Numbered from the stretch's first letter, positions 12,136-25,632 are shown. The stretch: 64,000 bases of DNA from Eledone cirrhosa (GCA_964016885.1 OZ024759.1:29264001-29328000), one strand, 5' to 3'. Translations and numbers: made by a program. Notes: generated by a model not told the origin, from the letters alone.

Positions 12136-13835
12136 GTAGGGAGTGTTCCTTTCATCTAACCTTCTTCATTCTGTCTCTCTCTCCCTTCTCTCTACGATCT
12201 CTTTGTTCACTCGATCATCAATGTTCTCGTCTTCGACCGTGTTTGTCCCATTTTAACCCTTTCCTCCATCAAACATTCATGTTTTCTCTCGCACCTCTTA
12301 TAAACCTTTACATAATTTTTTCATGCAGCGTGACTTTTAATTGTCTCCCTTTGACCGCTCCTAACCCTAACAATCACCGCTCCCTAAGAGAGCAAGTTGC
12401 GCGCTTAAAATTGAAAATCTTGTTACATCTTAGAAATGTCTCTTTAACTTAAAAAAAAATTTATAAAATTCAACTCATTCCCAACCATTAACTTAACACA
12501 TAGTCCTCTCACTAAGACACGATTATGATCTATTTATATTCACGTCACCTTTATTAATTAAATCAAACTGATCGATCCAAATACACAACTGATTTTTTTT
12601 TCAAAAACCAATTAGTATAAAAAAATGGTGCTAAAGTTAAAAAAAAAAACTATTTTTCAAAGATTTACAGAACCGATCGTTATTAAAATGAATCCGATTT
12701 CTTTCCTCAAGGAGTCATTTATTTTGATTATTATTAACATTAATCTATAAATATTATATTCAAACAAAATCGCTTTTCTTATGTTTATAACATATATCAA
12801 AATTTTAAAATGTCAGCAATGTTCGCGGCAGTTCATTTCAAATAATTAAGATGGTTATTTTCGATCCGTTGTTTTTTCTAAATTTTCTTTCGCCCCAAAT
12901 TACAATATTTTGTCAGATCCATTAAACTCGATTCTATGTCTATATTTTTTCAAATATAATTCACATACATATATGCATGTATGAATGATTTAGTTCAAAG
13001 ATATCTTGATTAAAAAAGTAAACATTAATGTTTCCTTTCTATTAAGATTTTTAAAACTGTTTTTGAAATCGGTAATTAAAAAATAAAAATAAACGATAAA
13101 TTATATGAAATTGTATTTTATAATGTCACACATTGAAAAGAATTTCGAGAAAAAACAAAAATCAATTTAAAATGAAATTTTTATATAAAACAAAAAACAT
13201 AATATAGAGTTAAATTAATTATTAAACAAAAAATATCGCGGAATGTTTTAAATTCATCTTTTGATCTTTTTGTAATAAAAAAAATATTAAATCATCAATT
13301 AAAATAAATATCTAGATATAATTGAAATAAAAAAAAAAAAATTATATATATATATATCGCTTGAAAAGAAGAAATAGTTAATTATCAATATATAGATATC
13401 GTTGCTAAGCCAACCTGTGAAGCTTATAGCCAAAGAGAGAGAGAGAGACGGGTGGAAAAAGCCTTGTATAATAAAGTTAAAGGACAAGACAATTATACTA
13501 CTGCAGACATTGACGAAAGTGAATAATATTCTATCTAATATAGATGTAGCTATATATATATATTATTTCTCTCTCTGTCTCTCCTCCCAGCTCAGCACAT
13601 AATTAATATCTAACCAAGCAATTAAAAAATAATAATTATTATAATGTTAATATACATATATTTATATTAAAACCGACTTAAAATAATGCCAATAATAATG
13701 AAATTATTAATATAGGTTGATGCCAAGTTTCAGAGCATCTTTCTTCTAATAAAAGACGACTTGGTTAGGGTGGTTTTTTTTAGTGTTATTTTTGTTTTTT
13801 AGATTTTATTTTATTTCCCAGCAATCCGTATCAAA

Positions 13836-13878
13836 TGACGTCACATGATTCCACTTCTGGCCTGAGTGCGCCATTTTG
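13836..13878 (+). promoter_or_regulatory. Proximal promoter of the B55 gene: CRE, E-box and YY1 sites
   Basis: TGACGTCA at 13836-13843 overlapping GTCACATGA, and GCGCCATTTTG at 13868-13878, 140-180 nt upstream of the ATG in locally CpG-richer unique sequence. Confidence 0.6.
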
Positions 13879-14013
13879 AAATGTCGATGGTAGGGGTATT
13901 ACTTATTCCTTTGCCATCGTAGGCCTGCTGTTTATGGTTCCTATATTATTTTACTAATCGCAGCCGCTTCCCATTTCCTATTGTCGGATAGTACGATTAT
14001 TTTTCCGTTTACG

Positions 14014-14020
14014 ATGGCGG
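14014..14020 (+). CDS. PPP2R2: PP2A B55 regulatory subunit, coding exon 1 (ATG GCG G, phase 1)
   Basis: acgATGGCGG|gtaagg donor. The 7-nt coding exon splices in frame to exon 2 to give MAGNGGEIQW, like the MAG start of vertebrate PPP2R2A. Confidence 0.88.
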
Positions 14021-14301
14021 GTAAGGAAGCTATTGGATTTCCCCCTTCAACATACATACATACATCATTAGTCTCTCTCTCTCTTACGCGATGTTTGCTT
14101 CTTTCTCTTCATCTTCTCTCTTCTATCTGTCTATCTCTTTACGCATGAGCATAGCATATCGATGTATGTATATACATATATATACAACGATATGTGTATA
14201 TTATACAGCGATCCATGTACATTTATATATCGATGTATGCACATATATATCCTTTATGTATATATATATATATATATGTATAGCAATATATTTGACTGTA
14301 T

Positions 14302-14332
<31 letters not shown>

Positions 14333-15301
14333 GTGTGTGTAGCTCTACGCCTGACCATGTATTGTATATGTCTGTGCATGTAGCTTTATATCTATGTATA
14401 TATATATGTGCCCCTCTATGTAGATTTACTCCTATGTATTATATATATGTGTATAGCACAACATCTGACTATGTATATATGTGGCTGTATGTGTATAGCT
14501 CTACATCTGATCATGTATATATGTATGTGTGTGTTTGTCTAGATTTACATGTATGCACGCCTGTGTGTGTGTGTGTGTGTGTAGATTTCATCTATGTACT
14601 AATATATATAGATCTGTGTCTAGCTTTAGATCTGACAGCGTATGTATGTATAATGTGTATATAGCTTTATATTGGTTGATGTATATACTTATAAATATAA
14701 GTGTGTATATGTATATCTATCTATATATATATACATGATTGCATGTATGTATGTATATATACGTATAAATAGTCTATCTATATGATGGTGCTTGTATATG
14801 TGTGTATACATGCTTGTCTGTGTGTATATGTACGTTTGTGCGTGTGTATGCATGTATATGATTATGTTTATATAGACATGTGTGTGTATGTATATATGTA
14901 TGTGTGTGAGTAAACCTGTTTATGCGATTGTATATATATGTATAGATCTATGTATGTGTGGTTATATATATAAATATGCATGCATATATGTGTGGCTATA
15001 TATATGTGCATATGTACGGAAGCGACTATATAGATATGTGTGTAATGTGAATGGCTATATATATGTGTGAGTATATAGGGACCTATATATGTGTGTATGT
15101 GTATACGTATACATGTAAAAATCCTCAGGTTTTTGTCTCGATGTGCAGTGAAAACCACTTTGGAGAAGGAAATTTCTAGGCCAGTGTCCCTCAAATGTAA
15201 AAACCTGTCATTGATGGAGAGACAGACAGAAGTACTGGTCATCTTGTTCTTGCTTGTTAGTGTGGCTATTTAATAACGGTCACTTAGGGAGTGGCATACA
15301 C

Positions 15302-15808
15302 CAGTGCCGGATTTGTGATCGGGAGGCTGCAGTGCCGGATTAGGTCAATTCAGACACTAGATAAAAATAAAAAAAAATAAAGGTTAAAACCTCATTAGCA
15401 AAACAGTTCAAAAAGCACAAAATGGCATTATGACTTTATCATATTAAAGTAATATCTTTAAATAAATTCTGCAATTTCCCCCACAAAGTCCCGGACACTT
15501 GTAAAGAGACAATCATTTGAATTAATAAACCGGCCTTTTAAAGATATTTTCTGCTAAATCATCCCGGTTTAAAAGGCAGTATAATACTAGAGCACACAGC
15601 ACAGGGCGCCCTGAAGTGTGGGCCTCAATGGCAAATCCTACTAGGTGAATCTGGGTTGGAAGTGGGCTGGCCTGTTTTTGTAGTTAAGAGCCCGACAATA
15701 TAAGGGCCTTAACATTTTTTTTTTGCTACTATAAAGTGTACGGAAAGGGCCTCACGATGAAATTTTGATCACTCAGAGACCTTTCCCTATACAATTTAAA
15801 TCCGCCCT
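15302..15808. mobile_element. Degraded hAT-like element in intron 1
   Basis: CAGTGCCGGATTT start and AAATCCGCCCT end, with gggcc-rich subterminal motifs; TSD not clear. Confidence 0.4.
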
Positions 15809-15819
15809 TCACATCGAAA

Positions 15820-16500
15820 CGTATGTCCACCAGATATGGAGTGCTGGATACAAAGGCAGTGGTATGCCATGTTGTAATACGAACGTATACCACTTGCTAT
15901 CTAATTATAGATGGTATCAAGGTGCCATAGCGTGTATTGCTAGATATTTAACTATGGAGTAATTAATTTAGGTGAAATGCCAGCATATATGTATGGATGA
16001 TATTAAGGTGTAATATCGCTGTATGTCTAACTGTAGATGATATTAAAGTGTAATATCTGTATATCGCTGGATATCTAATTATAGTAAGGCGGTGACATGT
16101 GCTGTAATACGAACGTATTTCACAGGATGATGATGATGATGATATAATTATGGATAGTTAAAGTGGATAGCTGTGTTGTAGTACTGGCGAATGTCACTAG
16201 ATATCTAATTATAGATGATATCAAGGTAGTGGTATACAGTGTTGTAATACCAGCGTATGCCACCTGATGTCTAATTATGGACACTTGAAATGTCGTATAC
16301 CGTGTAATAAATACGTATCTCATTGGTTATCTAATTACAGAAATTAAGGGAGTGACATACATTTATTTTGTATTTAATCAGGGACCCTTAATGGTTGGCA
16401 TACCAGCATGTTGTAATACCAGCGTATTTCACTGGATATTTAATTATATATGACAAAGGAGTGAGAGAGTATGTCGTTATACGAGCGTGTCACTGGTTTA
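15820..16500. repeat. Degenerate ~60-bp tandem repeat
   Basis: Recurrent gttgtaatac..cgtat..cactggatatctaattatagatga. Confidence 0.65.
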
Positions 16501-17182
16501 GTCCAATAACGTATCGATATCTCATCACCTTATCTTGGTTTGTGAATAATGAGACAGTGGTTATCATCTGACAAGATGAAGTAATCATCACGAATGCATG
16601 TGTGTATGTATGTCTATTTAGATATGTGTGTGTTTATATATATATATACATACATAGATGTGTATGTATGTCTGTTTAATTGTGTTATATATATATTCAT
16701 AGATGTGTTTGGATATGTGTATGTATAGAGATGGATATGTGTGTGTGTGTATATATATATACATAGATGTGTGTATAGAGAGATGGATGGATAGATAGGT
16801 GTGTGTATGTATATATATATTCACAGATGTGTGTGTATGTCTATTTGGATAGATGTGTATGTATGTATATATATATAGATTGTGTGCATATATAGAGAGA
16901 TGGATAGGTAGGTGTATATGTATATATAGGTATGTGTATATTTGCCTGTGTGTGTGTGTATATATATATAGGGAGAGCGAGAGATGTAGATATGCATTTG
17001 TATATGTGGGTGTGTATATATACACACATATAGCTAGATAGATGTCTTCATGCATGTGCATGTATGCAAGTAATATGAGTATATGCATATGTAAGGATGT
17101 GCATGTATATTATCTATATATACATGTGTGTGTATATAATTTGTAACTGTACATGTATTACATATATATTTATCTGTTGTAG

Positions 17183-17251
17183 GTAATGGTGGGGAAATCC
17201 AGTGGTGTTTTTCTCAAGTGAAAGGTACCATAGAGGAAGATATCACTGAAG
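17183..17251 (+). CDS. PPP2R2: PP2A B55 regulatory subunit, coding exon 2 (GNGGEIQWCFSQVKGTIEEDITE)
   Basis: tctgttgtag acceptor and G|gtaggt donor; 69 nt, phase 1-1. WCFSQVKG is the B55 N-terminal signature. Confidence 0.96.
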
Positions 17252-19239
17252 GTAGGTACCAGTGCTTTATTTTACTTCATTACACACAACACAGAGTCTT
17301 CCTGGCCAGGAGTATTTGCCTGTAACTCTTTTATGACCATATTTCTCAGGAAAAACACTAGTTTTCAAATCATTTTGAAAATAAACAATTTGGAACGAGT
17401 TTACCAATATAACTTTCTCATTTTTAAGCTGGTGTTTGGAATATAACTTAACAAAGGTGCTTACACAAAGTCATGATGGAAGGTTTTTAGATAAATATAA
17501 ACATTTTAACCCTTTTGTTACCATATTTCTTATATGAAAGACTGCTTATTTTCAAATCATTTTGAAAATAATGAAGTACTTTGATGGGATTTATGAATTA
17601 CTAACTTTCTCGTTATCAAGCTATTGTTTGGAATATAACTTAATGAAGGTTCTTACATAAAAATTATAATGGAATGTTTTTGCGTAATTATAAACATTTC
17701 GGATATATAGTTTTTAACCAAGGGTGGTTTCAAGCTATTTGGTATGAAATGAAAATGTGATTTACAATTGACTTATATTTAGGTTTAGCTAGCTTCCTAC
17801 AGGGCTGCATTTCACAGTGTTTTTAATGAATTTTAATGATTGGAAATACACATGACCTTAGGACCTGTATAGAAGCAGATACACATATGCTCAGTGATTT
17901 TGGGCTCCCTATGTCTAGATGTGAGCATGGCCAGGATTTCTGTGATACACTGGTTTGTCCTTCTGGTTAACTACGAGGTTTACCTCCCCTCGCAGTCAGT
18001 TCGGATTGGTGGTGGTGGTGGGGGTCACTACATCTGGATGCCATAGCCATGACAGACCATGATTCCTAAGATATTCCTACTTACCCTCCCTGCTGACTGA
18101 GGTTTACCTCCACTTCACATCAATACAGCTTTACAGCTTTAGCTGGCCTCTACTGATAAGAAGGTTCTTGGGAGTTTTAATGATAGAGGTTCACAGTCTT
18201 ATGTTGTTACAACTAATACCTATATAGGTTTAGCTGGCTTCTGAGGGTGGATTTCATAGGCAGGTTCTTTGGTGTTTTAACCGTTTAGCATTTAAACTGG
18301 CCGTATCCAGTCAGAATACTCTGACCCCTTCCTGCTCAAACTGGCCACTCATACTGATGTTAAAGTATTGTTCTCAAAATATATAATATAAAAATTTCAT
18401 AGATTCTATATTATGTGAGATAAAGCTTTTACCTTTAAAATACAATTGTATATATAGAGTAATGTAAATGCTAAGGGTTAATGATAGAGGCTCCAGTTTT
18501 ATGTTACAGCTCATACCTTTATAGCTTTAGCTAGTCTCTGAGGTTTTATCTCATAGGAAGGTTCTTGGGCATTTTAATGATAGAGTCCCCAGTCTTATCG
18601 TGGAAATGCAAAATGAAATGTCTGACTCAAGAACACAACACAGTTTGCATTTCTGGCCTAGTGGTTAGGTTGTTAGGATCATAAGATTGTAAGTTAAATT
18701 TCTTGATACTTCCTTATTTAGTCTGCCACAACTCTTGTTTGATGTTGCAAGGTGTTGTTGACCTGTTGTGGGAGTGGTAAAAAGCCAGCAATGTATGATA
18801 TAATCATCATTGTCATCAACATCGTTTAACATCTATTCATGCTTACTTGAGTTAGACAGGTTGTTTTGTCATGAGAAAGCTAGAGAGGTTAGGTGACCAC
18901 GTTTTGCTCATATGATTCAATTCTAGCATGGTTTTCTATTGATGGATGCCCTTCCTAACGCCTACAGAGTGTACTGGGAGCTTTTTGTGGTGGCGCTAGC
19001 ATGACCACTTTACAGGGTAGACTGGGTGCTTTTTGTTGTGGGACCAGTACAACCACTTTACTGGATTTACTGGGTGCTTTTGTTGTGGCACTTGTATCAT
19101 CCCCTTACAGGGTGCACTGGGTGCTATTTGTCATGGTACAAGTATCACCAACTTACAAGGTAGACCTGGGTTCTTTTTGACATGGTACCAATATTACAAC
19201 CATTACAACATGTTAGTCTTGCCTACTCTTGTTTTGGTG

Positions 19240-19590
19240 GCTGCCTACTGTAGCAGGGAACTTGTTAAGCCGTGTGAACTGAGAAGTGGTATTACTGCTC
19301 AGAAATGATGGAAAAAAAAAGAGGCTATGACAGACAACTTCTGGCCTTGTAACTTTGCTAAACAGATGAAGTTTTGGCAAAGATCCTTGTCAAGAGGTTG
19401 GCACATGCTGTCAGTAATTTAGAAAGGCATACACAAAGTTATGCAGTTCTCAGCAGATCTATGCATGATGACCACTACATCATGAAATACATTGTAGAGC
19501 GAGTTGGGAACAGATCTGGTTTTGGCGCTGTGCTGATCAATTAAGATCAGTCTAGAGCTTTCGATAAGGTGGGTCTTTGCTATCTGGTGA
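19240..19590 (+). mobile_element. L1/Tx1-like reverse transcriptase fragment (dead)
   Basis: KVLAKILVKRLAHAVS..MKYIVERVGNRSGFGAVLIN*DQSRAFDKV, with frameshifts and stops. Confidence 0.7.
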
Positions 19591-20749
19591 CTTTCTTCTA
19601 CCTTTTCATATCAACCTTGCCAAATCTGGTTCTAGTTCTGTCAAGCAAAACCACCTATTTTTAAATGGTTCCTATTTAAATTAAAATCTTCCTGCATAAT
19701 TTTATATAAGAACTCAGGTGCCGTACTGCTATCAGGGTGGAGTTGACTACTTTATAGGAATAAGGCCTGTCAGTTGGAATAGCTAGTTCAACAAGTCTCC
19801 TTCACTATCCTCCAGGGTAAAGTTTTCTCCATTCTGTCTGCTGGGACCCCAAGATGGCTTGTGTTTAGGGTTCTGCACACCTGAAAGGGTTCTCCAACAC
19901 TGTCCGGACTTATATCATCGTGGTAGCAATGATACAGGTTGTAATATCAATGACACCTGTCCACACACACACACTCATCTGATTTAACTATTTTTCAGCA
20001 CCATAATGTGATATGAAGCAAGGCATTTAATATCATGTTGCTTTTCACAATAGGATTGGGGACCATATCATTAAAATACTCAAGAAACCTTTTATGGTAT
20101 GCAACATCATAAGAGGCCAGCTAGACCTACTTAGGTTTGAGATATAACTACATAATGTGTGTGTATGTGATAGGATTGAGGCCCTTATCATAAAAACACC
20201 TGAGAAGCCTTATCATAAAAAACCAGCATAGGTGTGAACTGTAAATTTCATTTAGTGAACAGATATGGTTGCTGTCCATGTGACATGTCTTTCTGCAGAT
20301 TGCCTCCTTAAACTTAACTGCAGTCATTGGCCAAGAGCTGGCAGAAGTTGAGCTTTTAGCATCTGGATTGTTAAGTGCACACTGCACTCTACCAGCTGCA
20401 CAATCCAGTTGTTGGGACATCAACTCGTGCATTTGATGGAGCAGTGTTTCTCAAGGTTGGGTGAAGTTGGCAGAATTGTTAAAGCTCTGGTCAAAGGCTT
20501 TGTGGTATTTTGTTTCAGTCGTCTACCTTCTGAGTTCAAGCCCCACCAAGGTTGCTTGTTTTGCCTTTTATGCTTTCTGAGGTCGATAAAATAAAGTATC
20601 AGTTCAGTCCAGTTCTGGGGTCAATTTAAGTCACTGATCCCTTTCTTTCAAATTGCTGGCCTTGTGCCTAAATTAGAAACCAGTATTCTGGTGGAGATGT
20701 AGGACTTCAGAATTGGGTGTACATATCATACTATACTATATAACATATA

Positions 20750-20945
20750 CCATGTTATACAGCACTTTATATACCACACTATACTATGCTTATACCACAC
20801 TATACTATGCTTATACCACACTATACAATGTTATACACCACACTACACAATGCTATACACCACACTACACAATGCTATACACCACACTACACAATGCTAT
20901 ACACCACACTACACTATGCTATATACCACACTATAATACGCTATA
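20750..20945. repeat. 21-22-bp minisatellite
   Basis: Repeated acaccacactacacaatgctat. Confidence 0.85.
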
Positions 20946-21714
20946 TACTAACTTCGTCTACTCATGGTGGGGGCACACAGTTTTTACAATTGGAGTTGAG
21001 TGTGGGACATACAAAGTTCAGAAACACTAGTGTGGAGGTTTACTGAAGTGTAACAACAAAAAGCAACCAGCCAACCCTGTAGAGTGATTGTGCTAGCAAC
21101 ATAGCGCAACAATAAACATCCAATCCACCCTGTAAAATGGACCTGATAGTGACACAACAAAAGCACCCAGTTCAAACTGTAGAATGGTCGTGTTGGTGCC
21201 ATGACAAAAAGCACCCAGTCCACACTATAAAATTGTCGTTTTGGTTCCCCGACAAAAAGTACCCAGTCTACAATGTAAAGTTGTTGTGATGGTGACATGA
21301 CAAAAAGCACTCAGTTCACACTGTAAAGGGGTTATTTTGGTGCCACAAGAAAAAGTGCCTAGTCCACACTGTATAGTGGTTGCTGTTAAGAAGGGCATCT
21401 AGCCATAGAAACCAAACCAGAAACAGTTCTATTAACATATGAAGAAGACACAGTCATCTGATCTGGCTTGTCTCACAACAGGACAATGCATGTAACCCAT
21501 GCTAGCATGGAAAATGTATGTTAAATTATGATGATGAGTGAGATCCTGGAAGTACTTACAGGTCAGATATTACAGACCTCTTCTGAATGTTCCTGGACCC
21601 GGCTCTACTACAGGATGAGCTGGTAGGGTCATTGCCTTGTAGAGACATATGTTACAGGTATGGAATCTGCTTGAGATAAAACCATCCTGCAACCACTCAT
21701 TCAGTGCCCTTGAA

Positions 21715-22245
21715 AATGTAAGATTAGATGGCTTCCTATGAGGTTTTTTGGGTGTTTTAATGACATGGGGCACTAGTCCTATCATGTTGTTACAGCTCAC
21801 TCCTCTGTAGGTTTGTGGTTGTATCTAAGGTGTTTTAATGATATGGGGCCCCAGTCCTATCATTTACAACTCACATCCATGTAGGTTTAGCTGGCCTCCT
21901 ACAAAGTTGTATCTCAGGTTCTAAGGTGTTTTAATGATACGTGGCCCCAGACATATCACGCTGTTACAACATACACCCATATAGGTTTAGCTGATTTTCT
22001 TTATATCATAGGTTTCTTGTTTTTGTTAATGATGGGGGCCCAGTCCCATCATCCATGGAGGTTTAGCTGGCCTCCTATGGGGTTGTATCTCATAGGAGGT
22101 TTCTCAAGTGTTTTAGTGATGGGACCCCCCCACTCATATCATGTTACAGCTCACCTATGTAGCATTAGCTGGCCTTCTATTAGGTTACATCTCATCGGGA
22201 GTTTCTCATGTGTTTTAATGATATGAGGCCCCAATCCTATCATTA
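21715..22245. repeat. Degenerate ~90-100-bp tandem repeat family (also about 18130-18600, 20050-20230, 33690-33880)
   Basis: Recurrent aggtttagctggcctcct..gtgttttaatgat..ggccccagtcctatc. Confidence 0.7.
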
Positions 22246-22367
22246 AAAAAAACCCAATGTTATATCTCACTTCTCTCATTTATCCATGTGCCTATCTACT
22301 TGTCTCCTATGTCCAGTTGTCTCTTTCTATATATATATGGCCATGTATCAGTGTCCACTAATTCTCT

Positions 22368-22403
<36 letters not shown>

Positions 22404-22609
22404 CCTCAAGTGGGACAACTCCCGTCTAACCCATGCTAGCGTGGAAGATGGATGTTAAACGAAGATGATGATGATAATATATATATATGTATGTATGTAT
22501 ATGTGGGTAGAAATCTGTAGATGAAAAATGAAGGTAAACAGTGTTCAATCTGTTGCAAGAGAGCTTATTTAGATCAAACAAAGTTTCATGTCATACAGTT
22601 AGCATGTAT

Positions 22610-22692
22610 GTGCTACCATTGGTTTCAGGGTCCAGTTATGGCCACCACTATATTAGAGGAGGCACTTTTAAACTGGCCCTTCATTCAGGCAC
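22610..22692 (-). ncRNA. Type-I hammerhead ribozyme motif with 8-nt core
   Basis: Minus strand gtgc CTGAATGA agggccagtt..aactggaccct GAAAC caatg GTA gcac; stems I, II and III all pair. Confidence 0.65.
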
Positions 22693-23127
22693 GTGGACAA
22701 AACCAATAGCAGTACATACATGTTAAGTGCATGAACCTTTGTTTATACTATATATATATATATACACACACACATGTAATGTATGTATGAACCTGTAACT
22801 CCTGGGGACCTGTAACTCCTGGGAGAGTTGTAGGGGTGCCATATTGGCATACACCATTTCTTGGGCATTTTAAAACCTGGTGGAGCCCATCTCCTCTACA
22901 GGTCTGAATACAGAGAAGGATAAAGAATGAGAGAAAGGAATATAGAGGAAGAATTGACCCCAGTGCTGGACCAGATTTTTATTTATCAACCTCGAATGGA
23001 TGAAAGGCAAAGTTGACCTTGGTGGCATTTGAACTCAAAGAGCCAGAATGAACATTGCAAAGCATTCTATCTGATGTTCTAACAACTCTGCCAAATCACT
23101 GCTTACACACACACACATACACACACA

Positions 23128-23174
<47 letters not shown>

Positions 23175-23315
23175 CACCAAAGATTAATATGGTTCGTTGA
23201 TTATTCAACGAATACAATTTTACAATAGATTAGAAGCACTCGACAGAAAAAATTTCCTGGCGTATTTAATATTATTCAAAATATTAATGAATGAAAAATA
23301 TTATCATAATCAAAA

Positions 23316-23363
<48 letters not shown>

Positions 23364-23366
<3 letters not shown>

Positions 23367-23533
23367 TCCCAGGTTCAATCAGGGGTAACCACAGTTAGTA
23401 AGTTACTCAATACATTAGTAGAGTGAAAACATCAAGTTTAATATAGAAATGGCTTCTATAGGACTAGAACTGGTGATTTCCTTTGAATGAAACAGCCCTA
23501 GTCCTGTAGAAGCCATTTTATATTAAACCTGAT
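23364..23533. mobile_element. Fold-back element with hammerhead core relic (family also at 284-410, 24841-24897, 24951-25012)
   Basis: Inverted arms at 23431-23472 and 23493-23533. CTGGTGA ttc-cttt-gaa t GAAACAG..CTGTA gaag; (TA)n flanks. Confidence 0.55.
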
Positions 23534-23659
23534 ATATATACATATATATACATATATATACATATACACGCAAGGATGATAACATTGTGGTAATTGTAAT
23601 GCCACTGGCTACATTGATGATAGTACTGTGTTTATTGTAATATCACTGCTTGACAGAGG

Positions 23660-24180
23660 TGTCACTGGTTACAGTGTTGATAGTGTAGCAATCATAACTG
23701 TGATGTCACTGGTTACAATATTGATAGTGCAGCACCAATTGTAATATCGATGCCTGCCCTGTTGCCATAGTGATAAGGTCATTGGTTACAGTGTTGATAA
23801 TGCAGCAGTAATTATAAAATCACTGGTTACAGTGTTGATTATGCAACAGTAATTATAGTGTCACTGGTTACAATGTTGATAGTGTAGCAGTAATTGTAAT
23901 ATCATAAGTTACAATGTTGATTATGCAACAGTAATTATAGTGACACTGGTTACAATGTTGATAGTACAGCAGTAATTGTAATATCACTAGTTACAATGTT
24001 GATAATGCAGCAGTAATTATAGTGACACTGGTTACAGTGTTGATTATGCAACAGTAATTATAGTGACACTGGTTACAGTGTTGATAGTGTAGCAGTAATT
24101 GTCATAATGATAAGGTCACTGGTTTCAATGATAGCATGTTGATGATAATTGTTATATCACTGGTTACAGTGATTGCACAG
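23660..24180. repeat. 41-bp minisatellite
   Basis: cactggttac recurs at 41-nt spacing (23821, 23862, 23903, 23944, 23985, 24026, 24067). Confidence 0.9.
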
Positions 24181-24320
24181 TGGTGATTTGCAATAGACAT
24201 TGCTTACAGTGCTAGTGGTAATGTCACAGACTACACTGATAGCTTGTTTATGATAACCGATATCTCTTCTTTCATTAATACTAATTATGTAATTATACAC
24301 TTTCCCTGTTGGGGTATTTT

Positions 24321-24356
<36 letters not shown>

Positions 24357-24484
24357 GTATATTCTACATCTTACTGTCAAAACAGTTTAAGCTTGACTGT
24401 CGGGCATCCTATCCTATAATGATTATTTTCTAACATTGACAGAAGTCCAACAATTTGGGGCAGGGGAGTGGAAAGTCAAACAAT

Positions 24485-24516
<32 letters not shown>

Positions 24517-25575
24517 GAGAAGAAATTACATGTATCTGTTTGTGTAATAAATGTTTCTTCGAATTTCAATATCTTGCCTAGTTAAACCTAAATGTCCTAT
24601 TCATATATATATAGAGTTGTGTCAGATCGAAACTTGAGCTGATCAATCGCGAAATGCGCGTCACACCTCTCAATAAATGTAATGATAATTTGATACCTCG
24701 TCCATATTATTATTCGAGGTTAACTTTGCCTTTCATCCTTCCGGAGTCGATAGAATAAAGTACCAGTAATACACTGGGTAATTGCTGGCCTTGTGCCAAA
24801 AGTAGAAACAATTATTATTATATATATAATAGATATATATTCATATGAATGAAACATTTCTAGTCCTGTAGAAGCTATTTCTGTATTAAATATTGATATA
24901 TATATATTGGACTGAGTCTACGACTTACTACCGGTATATTTATATATATATCTTGGTGATTTCTTACGAATGAAATAGCTCTAGTCCTGTAGCAGTCATT
25001 TCTATAATAAAATATATATAATTTATATATATATATAAACACATACTATGTAACAAGAACTGTTCTCTTGATCTGTGATACCGGCTATGTACTTGCCCCT
25101 CCCCCTCGTTTGCTCTTACCACGTGCTTTCGTAACCTAGATTATTTTCGGTTTGTAGTGCGCACCACATTCTCCCTCTCACACACTCACACACATATATA
25201 TAACTAACATCTACAACTTCGCATTTTCCTTTTTATAAATATACTCCGTCATCCTGATTTTATTTTAAAGAAATAATATAACGTCGAGTGCTTGTAGAGA
25301 ATTGAATCCTTATCTATATAATATTCTGACTATGGTAACTCCCAAATAAGAACTCAATACTTATAAGTAGACCTTATTCAAATCCTCACATGGTTGCGAT
25401 GTTTCGACAAAGCGGATGTTCGCTTAGCTTCATGTATGATGTATGTATTGTCAGATGACCCTGTGGAAATACGGTAAATTTCACTAGTCTTCGACTATGA
25501 TATTGAGCTTTGACTATGGTATTGAGCTGCGATCGTTAATAAAATGTGTTATATATATATATATATATATATATA

Positions 25576-25632
<57 letters not shown>

